Positions 1 through 4,164 of a DNA stretch of 4,241 nt are shown here, in pieces (within the stretch, counting starts at the first letter, position 1; every line of letters starts with the position of its first letter). The stretch is from IMG/VR virus record IMGVR_UViG_2778261564_000010; one strand, 5' to 3'. Under the pieces are notes generated by a model that was not told the DNA's origin, made no database searches, and saw nothing but the letters and a program-made list of their open reading frames with translations. This DNA is from a virus (taxonomy: Duplodnaviria > Heunggongvirae > Uroviricota > Caudoviricetes). Both the position numbers and the translations under genes were made by a program.

Positions 1-800
1 TATTTCTCATTTACCCAGCGGCGACGTTTAGGTCGTTTCATGAAGGATTCCGGAGACTCCGGATCAACGGCAATGCTGACCACCGTCTTTTCCTGTGGTG
101 GGTTCTGTTGCTGGTGGGTGTGAGGCGGTAGCGCAATATTTTTTGTGCGCTGCTTCAGTATGCTGGTGGCGGTCTGCTCTCCCGGCACGATGTCGCTTTC
201 ACGGTACATTGAGCGGATTTTTTCCGCACGCCCCCCCAGCGAACGACGTAATACCGCTTCCGGTAGCGCGTCCGCCACCTGATTGCGGACCGCCCACCAG
301 GATAATTCAGCCAAAGATAATTCACGCTCCTGCGTACCGCTTATTGCGTGACCGATGACGTCAATCATCCATGCTGACAGGTTTTGATGAGCAAGTTGCT
401 CGAGTGATTCGGATGTCTGGTCACGCAGCTGGTTGTCGCAGTGCCAGCACAACACCATTGCGCCGGTACCATAACGGTGAATGACAGTTTCGCTGTGATG
501 ATAATCGCCGTGTGGCCACTGGCAGGATTTAATATGGCGCAACAGCCAGTCAGACAATGCACCAGCACCACCAGCAGCACGAATCACCCGTGCGTTACTG
601 AAAAACGGCAGCAATGTTTTGTCTTCCACCAGCGGCTGGCGAACGGCAGGAACGACCCCGGACGGCAGATTACGCATGCTTTTCGGTTCAGGCTCCACCA
701 GCACTCTAGGGTTATGAAATACTTGCATGGATTCACGACCCGGCCTAAGGACCACCAGCCCGAGTTCCGGTACCAGAACAGGTCGAAGTAATATCCGCAC
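1..800 (-). CDS. Prophage protein, DUF968/YdfU-like (N-terminal part; 3' end lies beyond window start)
   Basis: Hand translation of the minus strand gives an uninterrupted frame from GTG 800-798 to position 1 with no stop (VRILLRPVLVPELGL...MRNLPSGVV...CQWPHGDYHH...CWHCDNQL...KRPKRRRWVNEK). GGAGG lies 4 nt upstream of the GTG, immediately after the stop of the upstream ORF. Alternative in-frame starts are ATG 872, 728 and 677. It is missing from the ORF track because it has no in-window stop. Family assignment is from memory of YdfU-like proteins next to hokD in Qin-type prophages and is unverified. Confidence 0.6.
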   Translation of the reverse strand, partial: MRILLRPVLVPELGLVVLRPGRESMQVFHNPRVLVEPEPKSMRNLPSGVVPAVRQPLVEDKTLLPFFSNARVIRAAGGAGALSDWLLRHIKSCQWPHGDYHHSETVIHRYGTGAMVLCWHCDNQLRDQTSESLEQLAHQNLSAWMIDVIGHAISGTQERELSLAELSWWAVRNQVADALPEAVLRRSLGGRAEKIRSMYRESDIVPGEQTATSILKQRTKNIALPPHTHQQQNPPQEKTVVSIAVDPESPESFMKRPKRRRWVNEK

Positions 801-801
801 G

Positions 802-1074
802 TTACCTCCAGATGCGTTGCTGGAATGTGCGGGATGGGCGCGGTGAGCGTTCGGAATAAGGGAGCCTGACATAGATTATCCAGTGACGATAATCGAGGCT
901 GAGGGCTTTCTTAATCTCGTATCCGCGTCTGCGGTAGTTATGAATTAGCCATTCGGCCTGTTCTTCAGTACATGGTGGGTGTTGGTACCAGTCGGTTTTA
1001 AATGCGTGTGAACGCCGCCCATGCCGGATGGCAAGGTCGGTATCAGAATTGTGAAATTTGGTTTTGTGCGCCAT
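802..1074 (-). CDS. Hypothetical prophage protein (90 aa)
   Basis: ATG-initiated ORF from the track (MAHKTKFHNSDTDLAIRHGRRSHAFKTDWYQHPPCTEEQAEWLIHNYRRRGYEIKK...). Its TAA stop at 802-804 lies 1 nt from the GTG start of the downstream long ORF, an operon-like junction. Its own SD is weak (GAGAAAAC) and the C-terminal 15 residues are R/P/S-rich, so the true extent is uncertain. Confidence 0.45.
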   Translation of the reverse strand: MAHKTKFHNSDTDLAIRHGRRSHAFKTDWYQHPPCTEEQAEWLIHNYRRRGYEIKKALSLDYRHWIIYVRLPYSERSPRPSRTFQQRIWR

Positions 1075-1140
1075 CTGTTTTCTCTACTGGCGCAGCAGGT
1101 GTCAGGTGTTCAGGCTGACGTGCGAATTGTAAACCAGAAT

Positions 1141-1173
1141 GCCAGGAAAAAACAAAACCCGCCGAAGCGGGTT
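1141..1173 (-). terminator. Rho-independent terminator at the 3' end of the hok transcript
   Basis: On the minus strand: 7-bp GC-rich stem (AACCCGC / GCGGGTT) with a UUCG tetraloop, followed directly by TTGTTTTTTCC. Confidence 0.6.
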
Positions 1174-1177
1174 AAGT

Positions 1178-1192
1178 GCGGGTGCGTTGAGG
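1178..1192 (-). promoter_or_regulatory. hok mRNA 3' fold-back element (fbi-like), complementary to the 5' end of the transcript
   Basis: Minus-strand 5'-CCTCAACGCACCCGC-3' is the near-perfect complement (one bulge) of minus-strand 5'-GCGGGTGCTTGAGG-3' at 1568-1555. This long-range 5'/3' pairing is the known hallmark of hok mRNAs. Confidence 0.5.
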
Positions 1193-1241
1193 ATGCCTGA
1201 CTCATCAGAGGTGGCGAGGGATTTCCCCCTCGCCTGGTCTC

Positions 1242-1397
1242 TTACTCCTCAGGTTCGTAAGCTGTGAAGACAGCGACCTCCGTCTGGCCGGTTCGGATTC
1301 GTACCTCGCAGAGGTCTTTCCTCGTTACCAGTGCCGTCACTATGACGGTTAAACAGATGACGATCAGGGCGATTAACATCGCCTTTTGCTGCTTCAT
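1242..1397 (-). CDS. hok: Hok/Gef-family type I toxin (HokD/RelF-like), 51 aa
   Basis: Hand translation: MKQQKAMLIALIVICLTVIVTALVTRKDLCEVRIRTGQTEVAVFTAYEPEE, ATG 1397 to TAA 1242-1244. SD AAGGAG lies 8 nt upstream. The protein matches my memory of E. coli HokD (RelF) and has the hydrophobic N-terminal helix and conserved Cys of the family. It is absent from the ORF track only because it is shorter than the track cutoff. Confidence 0.9.
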   Translation of the reverse strand: MKQQKAMLIALIVICLTVIVTALVTRKDLCEVRIRTGQTEVAVFTAYEPEE

Positions 1398-1453
1398 AGC
1401 CTGCTTCTCCTTGACCTTTCGGTCCGTAAGAGGCTAATCTCTATGTGTCGCAT
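1394..1453 (-). CDS. mok: mok-like leader ORF (19 codons), translationally coupled to hok
   Basis: ATG at 1453-1451 preceded by GAGG at the spacing seen in the plasmid R1 mok region. The frame ends in TGA overlapping the hok ATG as ATGA. Inferred by analogy with the R1 hok/mok/sok architecture; the ORF is much shorter than R1 mok. Confidence 0.4.
   Translation of the reverse strand: MRHIEISLLRTERSRRSRL
1411..1440 (+). promoter_or_regulatory. Candidate sok promoter
   Basis: Plus strand TTGACC (1411-1416), 17-18 nt spacer, then CTAATC/TAATCT (1434-1440). The -35 overlaps the complement of the hok SD, as in R1 (TTGCGC-N17-TATCCT, from memory). Confidence 0.45.
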
Positions 1454-1520
1454 AGATATGGCCTCAGATTAATGTTAAGCGTCTTGCAGGACGCGTAATG
1501 TTAACTGGGGCTTTTCTCTA
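1447..1520 (+). ncRNA. sok: Sok-like antisense RNA (approximate ends)
   Basis: Lies opposite the mok translation-initiation region. The 3' part contains a nested hairpin (GTTAA-GCGTC ... GACGC-...-TTAAC) followed by GGGGCTTTTCTCT, similar to what I recall of the R1 Sok 3' end. Boundaries are inferred, not measured. Confidence 0.4.
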
Positions 1521-1554
1521 TCTGCCTTTTGGTGTTCATGCCTGAGACAGATAG

Positions 1555-1601
1555 CCTCAAGCACCCGCAGTCATTCTACTTAACTAAGATTTCCCCGCAA
1601 A
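1555..1601 (-). promoter_or_regulatory. Candidate hok promoter and 5' tac-like element
   Basis: Minus strand TTGCGG (-35, plus 1596-1601), 16 nt spacer, TAGAAT (-10, plus 1574-1579), then GCGGGTGCTTGAGGCT (plus 1555-1568). The latter resembles the R1 hok mRNA 5' end GGCGCUUGAGGCU and is complementary to the 3' element at 1178-1192. Confidence 0.45.
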
Positions 1602-1655
1602 CCGTTTTTGTCCGGCACAGTAAATATCCAACTAAACCAATGGCGTTCGCTGTAT

Positions 1656-1835
1656 TTACCGCCAGTATTCAATGCACATGACCGCCATGAACACCCCTAA
1701 AAAAAGGGCATTTATATGTCCAAACATTAATATCAAAACATCAACTTTTTCCATATACCTTGCTGTGAAGATGATGGGCATACATGATGCGAACAACCAG
1801 AACGCAACAAACAAAAACTGCAATGCGTTTTTCAT
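1656..1835 (-). CDS. Possible small two-helix membrane protein (59 aa)
   Basis: Internal ATG at 1835 of the 1656..1874 track ORF (which begins at a GTG) is preceded by AGGGGGAATA. Translation is MKNALQFLFVAFWLFASCMPIIFTARYMEKVDVLILMFGHINALFLGVFMAVMCIEYWR, with two hydrophobic segments. The region is very AT-rich, so hydrophobic composition may be an artefact. Confidence 0.3.
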   Translation of the reverse strand: MKNALQFLFVAFWLFASCMPIIFTARYMEKVDVLILMFGHINALFLGVFMAVMCIEYWR

Positions 1836-2005
1836 TATTCCCCCTACAATCAATGTGCAATAACATTTAAACACACCTCAATTTAGCCGGACATATAAAT
1901 ATCTAAACCAGAAAAAATCACTTACATAGCGTTACAAACTCTTTAGTCTAAATATTCATCGTAAAACATTCCCCATACTTATCAGCCCGTTCTGCGCCAG
2001 GTAGC

Positions 2006-2293
2006 TCATTGCCTTATCTGGGAATCTGTAATCAGGTTTCCGGATGCTGGTGGATTTTCGCATTTTAGTTGTTCATAAAAGTGCACAGCTTTAACCAGTT
2101 CTTCTGATGTAACCGGGACTGGCGGGGCAGTGAATAAGGCCTGAATTTCATAGTTCGGCCTGTCGTTACAATCCTCTTTTTTCGGTACATATTTCCAGTC
2201 ACCAGACCACTACTTCCCCTGAAAGTCCGTAACGCCTTTTTTTCACGTAGCGATATCGCCATGCCACTGTTTTTGCTTGCCCCGCCGTTTCAT
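2006..2293 (-). pseudogene. Decayed reading frame with two in-frame stops
   Basis: One minus-strand frame starts at ATG 2293 (AGGAAGG upstream): MKRRGKQKQWHGDIAT-TGA(2243-2245)-KKGVTDFQGK-TAG(2210-2212)-WSGDWKYVPKKEDCNDRPNYEIQALFTAPPVPVTSEELVKAVHFYEQLKCENPPASGNLITDSQIRQ-TGA(2006-2008). The long 3' segment looks protein-like but has no usable start codon. Confidence 0.3.
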
Positions 2294-2317
2294 GCCCTTC
2301 CTGATAATTAACCTCGC

Positions 2318-2494
2318 TCATTCATCGCCCCACTCATCACAATATGCTTCGACCGGAGTTTTTCCTGCTTCATAATCATCACGCCATGCTTCAGCATCAG
2401 CAGCACTGCCACCACGTAACTCTGCATAGTCCATTAACAGTTCATGCCATTCTTCAAAACCGACGTTGTATTTAGTTGAACCAAAATCAGCCAT
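2318..2494 (-). CDS. Small acidic protein (58 aa), unknown function
   Basis: Hand translation: MADFGSTKYNVGFEEWHELLMDYAELRGGSAADAEAWRDDYEAGKTPVEAYCDEWGDE. The ATG overlaps the stop of the upstream gene (AAATGGCTGA) and GAGGAAG lies upstream. Absent from the track because it is under 60 aa. Weak motif similarity (KYN near the N-terminus, YCxxW near the C-terminus) to the 70-aa protein at 3767..3979. Confidence 0.5.
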   Translation of the reverse strand: MADFGSTKYNVGFEEWHELLMDYAELRGGSAADAEAWRDDYEAGKTPVEAYCDEWGDE

Positions 2495-2669
2495 TTTGTT
2501 CTTCCTCTTCGTCTTTTATTTCGTGATATGAGTAATTGCAGTAGTTAAAGAAAATATCTTTTGCTTCGTCATGTATTTCATCAGGCGTCGCATCATCATC
2601 CACTTCGAATTCATCCTCGAAATCTCCACCGGCTATTCCCGTTTCAATAATTATTTTAAACTTTCGCAT
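2487..2669 (-). CDS. Small, strongly acidic protein (60 aa), unknown function
   Basis: Track ORF with ATG start: MRKFKIIIETGIAGGDFEDEFEVDDDATPDEIHDEAKDIFFNYCNYSYHEIKDEEEEQNG, about one third D/E. The start codon sits 7 nt downstream of the H hairpin element. Coupled to the downstream 58-aa ORF. Confidence 0.6.
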   Translation of the reverse strand: MRKFKIIIETGIAGGDFEDEFEVDDDATPDEIHDEAKDIFFNYCNYSYHEIKDEEEEQNG

Positions 2670-2676
2670 TTAACTA

Positions 2677-2697
2677 CCGCCCTTTCGGGCGGCCTCC
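2677..2697 (-). promoter_or_regulatory. H element copy 2: GGAGG plus GC hairpin with GAAA loop, immediately 5' of a start codon
   Basis: Minus strand GGAGG-CCGCCC-GAAA-GGGCGG, then 7 nt, then ATG at 2669. The 23-nt core (plus strand taccgccctttcgggcggcctcc, 2675-2697) is identical to 3739-3761. Confidence 0.6.
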
Positions 2698-2724
2698 TGA
2701 TGTTCTGAGGGTGCAGAAATCCCT

Positions 2725-2781
2725 CCGGTTAAGGATTAAATTTTTAACAGAGCTAAATTTAATTATTCAGTTCTGGATTTT
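2725..2781 (-). promoter_or_regulatory. P' element: AT-rich conserved promoter/operator-like element with dyad symmetry
   Basis: Homologous to 3987-4048 (ccggttaaggattaaattttt...aatttaattattcag versus ccagttaaggattaaatttta...aacttaattattcag). Contains inverted repeat ATTAAATTT (2735-2743) / AAATTTAAT (2755-2763) with an 11-bp spacer. Overlaps the stop of the upstream 118-aa gene. Confidence 0.45.
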
Positions 2782-3119
2782 GTCGCCCTGCGTATCCGCG
2801 CTTTCGCGTTACGCTCAATCTGAATTAGCTTTTCTATATTTTTTCGCCTTTCCCGCTCCTCCTGACGCAAGAGCCTTACATCATCTGCCAGTCTGGTTTC
2901 TCTTTTCGCCACAGAGAGCATCCAGTCAAATGGTTCCACAACTGCACCGCAGATTTTACAGCGGACCTGACGCTCTTTTTCGTCAACCCGGACAGAGGCG
3001 TGATGACAATATGGTCTTTCCGATGGCTCATAAAGAAAATTAACCTGATTACGAGGGTCATCCTCTTTTACCGGAAATAAAACGATATTGCTTAACTCAT
3101 CCTCTGGTTTTATTTCCAT
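2763..3119 (-). CDS. Zinc-ribbon-like protein with basic helical C-terminus (118 aa), unknown function
   Basis: Track ORF 2763..3176 begins at a GTG immediately preceded by TGA. The preferred start is ATG 3119, preceded by AAGGAGAGGAGC. Translation: MEIKPEDELSNIVLFPVKEDDPRNQVNFLYEPSERPYCHHASVRVDEKERQVRCKICGAVVEPFDWMLSVAKRETRLADDVRLLRQEERERRKNIEKLIQIERNAKARIRRATKSRTE, with a C-H-H...C-x-x-C cluster followed by an Arg/Glu/Lys-rich tail. Confidence 0.65.
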   Translation of the reverse strand: MEIKPEDELSNIVLFPVKEDDPRNQVNFLYEPSERPYCHHASVRVDEKERQVRCKICGAVVEPFDWMLSVAKRETRLADDVRLLRQEERERRKNIEKLIQIERNAKARIRRATKSRTE

Positions 3120-3240
3120 GCTCCTCTCCTTTGATGCGAATGCCAGCGGTAATTGAAGCCTGATAGCTAATTTCACTCACAGTACCGCCTCCTGAAAATT
3201 TAATGAACAATTCAATACGTTCTTTGGTAATAGTGGTCAT
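3097..3240 (-). CDS. Small protein (47 aa), unknown function; overlaps the start of the downstream gene
   Basis: ATG 3240 preceded by AAGGAG at 6 nt, overlapping the TAA of the upstream gene. Translation: MTTITKERIELFIKFSGGGTVSEISYQASITAGIRIKGEEHGNKTRG. Ends at TGA 3097-3099, 23 nt past the ATG of the downstream gene in another frame. A diverged copy of this segment exists at 4051-4164. Confidence 0.4.
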   Translation of the reverse strand: MTTITKERIELFIKFSGGGTVSEISYQASITAGIRIKGEEHGNKTRG

Positions 3241-3250
3241 GTGTTACTCC

Positions 3251-3514
3251 TTAACCCGCAGTGCTTTCAACTGATGAGGGGAACAAAATCTTTTCATCAA
3301 ACCCTGCATTCATATCATGAACAGCAACACACCAATCCATCGACGAACGATTATCAAGAGCCTCCATGATTTCATCCATGCGGCGTAGGTCATACAGGTA
3401 AATGCTTTTATCGCCAATGGTGTAAAAGCCAATTTTTTTCGGTGATGGACAGCGCTCAAGAACTTCCTGTAATTCGTTCAACCATGCCCGTTCTTTTTTT
3501 GTCAAAGTTGCCAT
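3251..3514 (-). CDS. Hypothetical protein (87 aa)
   Basis: Track ORF 3251..3604 begins at a TTG. The preferred start is ATG 3514, preceded by AAGGAA, 1 nt after the stop of the upstream gene. Translation: MATLTKKERAWLNELQEVLERCPSPKKIGFYTIGDKSIYLYDLRRMDEIMEALDNRSSMDWCVAVHDMNAGFDEKILFPSSVESTAG. Confidence 0.65.
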   Translation of the reverse strand: MATLTKKERAWLNELQEVLERCPSPKKIGFYTIGDKSIYLYDLRRMDEIMEALDNRSSMDWCVAVHDMNAGFDEKILFPSSVESTAG

Positions 3515-3515
3515 A

Positions 3516-3734
3516 TCAGTTTTCCTTATACGGATTAATTTTATTGTGCAGTGTGTTGAATGACGCCCATACCACGTCGTTATACAATTCAGTAACTGGC
3601 TCAATTATTTTCCCGATTGCCCAGACAAAAATTAGAGGGGATATCGGTATCATCAATACGATAAACAGAATGAGAAACAAAAATTCTGTCGCCCTACTTT
3701 TTTGCGGATATTCTTTTCTGAATAATGTAGTCAT
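3516..3734 (-). CDS. Small single-pass membrane protein (72 aa), unknown function
   Basis: Track ORF with ATG start, 6 nt downstream of the H hairpin element. Translation: MTTLFRKEYPQKSRATEFLFLILFIVLMIPISPLIFVWAIGKIIEPVTELYNDVVWASFNTLHNKINPYKEN, with one hydrophobic helix at about residues 17-41 flanked by charged residues. The stop is adjacent to the start of the 87-aa gene. Confidence 0.6.
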   Translation of the reverse strand: MTTLFRKEYPQKSRATEFLFLILFIVLMIPISPLIFVWAIGKIIEPVTELYNDVVWASFNTLHNKINPYKEN

Positions 3735-3740
3735 TTCTTA

Positions 3741-3761
3741 CCGCCCTTTCGGGCGGCCTCC
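3741..3761 (-). promoter_or_regulatory. H element copy 1: GGAGG plus GC hairpin with GAAA loop, immediately 5' of a start codon
   Basis: Minus strand GGAGG-CCGCCC-GAAA-GGGCGG, then 6 nt (TAAGAA), then ATG at 3734. The 23-nt core is identical to copy 2 although the flanking genes are unrelated. Confidence 0.6.
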
Positions 3762-3766
3762 CGACA

Positions 3767-3979
3767 TTAATCGTTGTGGTAACTCATGGCTTCATTTGCA
3801 GCATCAACCGGATCAACCTCCCACCAGCAATAATTTGGTGCGTTTCCTTCAGGTGTCCACGGTTCCAATTCATTTTTTGCCACATTCTCGTCGCCAGTAA
3901 TTTTAAAAATCTGCTCAGAGAATTTTTTCACCCACTCGTTATATTTTTCAGTGTTAATAATTTTCTGTGTATTTGACAT
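3767..3979 (-). CDS. Small acidic protein (70 aa), unknown function
   Basis: Track ORF with ATG start preceded by GGAGGT at about 7 nt. Translation: MSNTQKIINTEKYNEWVKKFSEQIFKITGDENVAKNELEPWTPEGNAPNYCWWEVDPVDAANEAMSYHND. Lies immediately downstream of the P element. Confidence 0.65.
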   Translation of the reverse strand: MSNTQKIINTEKYNEWVKKFSEQIFKITGDENVAKNELEPWTPEGNAPNYCWWEVDPVDAANEAMSYHND

Positions 3980-3986
3980 AGATATA

Positions 3987-4048
3987 CCTCCAGTTAAGGA
4001 TTAAATTTTATTTACAGTGCTGAACTTAATTATTCAGATTTGGATTAT
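3987..4048 (-). promoter_or_regulatory. P element: AT-rich promoter/operator-like element upstream of the 70-aa gene
   Basis: Second copy of the roughly 60-bp conserved element (see 2725-2781). Ends in the GGAGG used as SD for the ATG at 3979. Contains TGTAAATAAAAT, a possible -10-like sequence. No transcription start can be called confidently. Confidence 0.4.
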
Positions 4049-4050
4049 GC

Positions 4051-4164
4051 TTTCTCTTCACGAAGTTCCGATTGTTAATTTGGCTCACAACAGCACCTTC
4101 TGAAAATTACCCTGATAGAAAGCCAGTACACGCTGCATAGCTTCGCTCTTCCGGCACTCGCTAC
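4051..4164 (-). other. Degenerate partial third copy of the cassette, truncated by the IS
   Basis: Minus-strand ...TAATTTTCAGAAGGTGCTGTTGTGAGCCAAATTAACAATCGG... aligns with the 3180-3215 region (...AAATTTTCAGGAGGCGGTACTGTGAGTGAAATTAGCTATCAGG...) but with frame-disrupting differences, and then joins directly to sequence resembling the last codons of the 118-aa gene. No intact ORF. Confidence 0.4.

Noticed and set aside
95-358. Plus-strand ORF, 87 aa
   Set aside because: Lies entirely antisense within the long minus-strand DUF968-like frame; low-complexity Ala/Pro/Arg-rich translation typical of a shadow frame; no SD.
365-580. Minus-strand ORF, 71 aa
   Set aside because: Alternative frame nested inside the DUF968-like gene.
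441-791. Plus-strand ORF, 116 aa
   Set aside because: Antisense to the same long minus-strand gene; no convincing ribosome-binding site.
1213-1234. 8-bp GC hairpin (GGCGAGGG...CCCTCGCC) just 3' of the hok stop, as a separate terminator
   Set aside because: Not followed by a U-tract; more likely part of the structured hok mRNA 3' region upstream of the true terminator at 1141-1173.
1672-1863. Plus-strand ORF, 63 aa
   Set aside because: Lies in the very AT-rich region antisense to the candidate membrane ORF; no SD; composition-driven.
1398-2060. relB/relE genes upstream of hok, as in the K-12 relBEF operon
   Set aside because: No reading frame resembling RelE or RelB is present on the minus strand upstream of hok; instead the hok leader with mok/sok features is found.
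2065-2262. Minus-strand ORF, 65 aa, extremely basic
   Set aside because: Overlaps the more protein-like interrupted frame at 2006-2293 in another phase; about a quarter Arg/Lys and no SD. Probably an out-of-frame artefact, though not excluded.
2677-2697. H hairpins as Rho-independent terminators or as lambda-type nut boxB sites
   Set aside because: No U-tract follows the stem on either strand, and no boxA-like CGCTCTTA motif precedes it. The fixed spacing to start codons points to a translation-linked role instead.
2711-3043. Plus-strand ORF, 110 aa
   Set aside because: Antisense to the zinc-ribbon gene; starts inside the P' repeat; no SD.
2876-3061. Minus-strand ORF, 61 aa
   Set aside because: Alternative frame nested inside the 118-aa gene.
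3120-3176. N-terminal extension of the 118-aa protein from GTG 3176
   Set aside because: The GTG is immediately preceded by an in-frame TGA and has a poorly spaced SD; the downstream ATG 3119 has a strong AAGGAGAGGAG site. Kept as an alternative in the findings.
3515-3604. N-terminal extension of the 87-aa protein from TTG 3604
   Set aside because: It would overlap the C-terminal third of the membrane-protein gene; ATG 3514 has a proper SD and sits 1 nt after the upstream stop.
3442-3900. Plus-strand ORF, 152 aa
   Set aside because: Antisense across three well-supported, tightly coupled minus-strand genes and the H element; no SD.
3776-3976. Plus-strand ORF, 66 aa
   Set aside because: Exact antisense shadow of the 70-aa minus-strand gene.
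2670-4050. CRISPR array
   Set aside because: Only two copies of each repeat, irregularly spaced about 1 kb apart with protein-coding sequence between them; not a repeat-spacer array.
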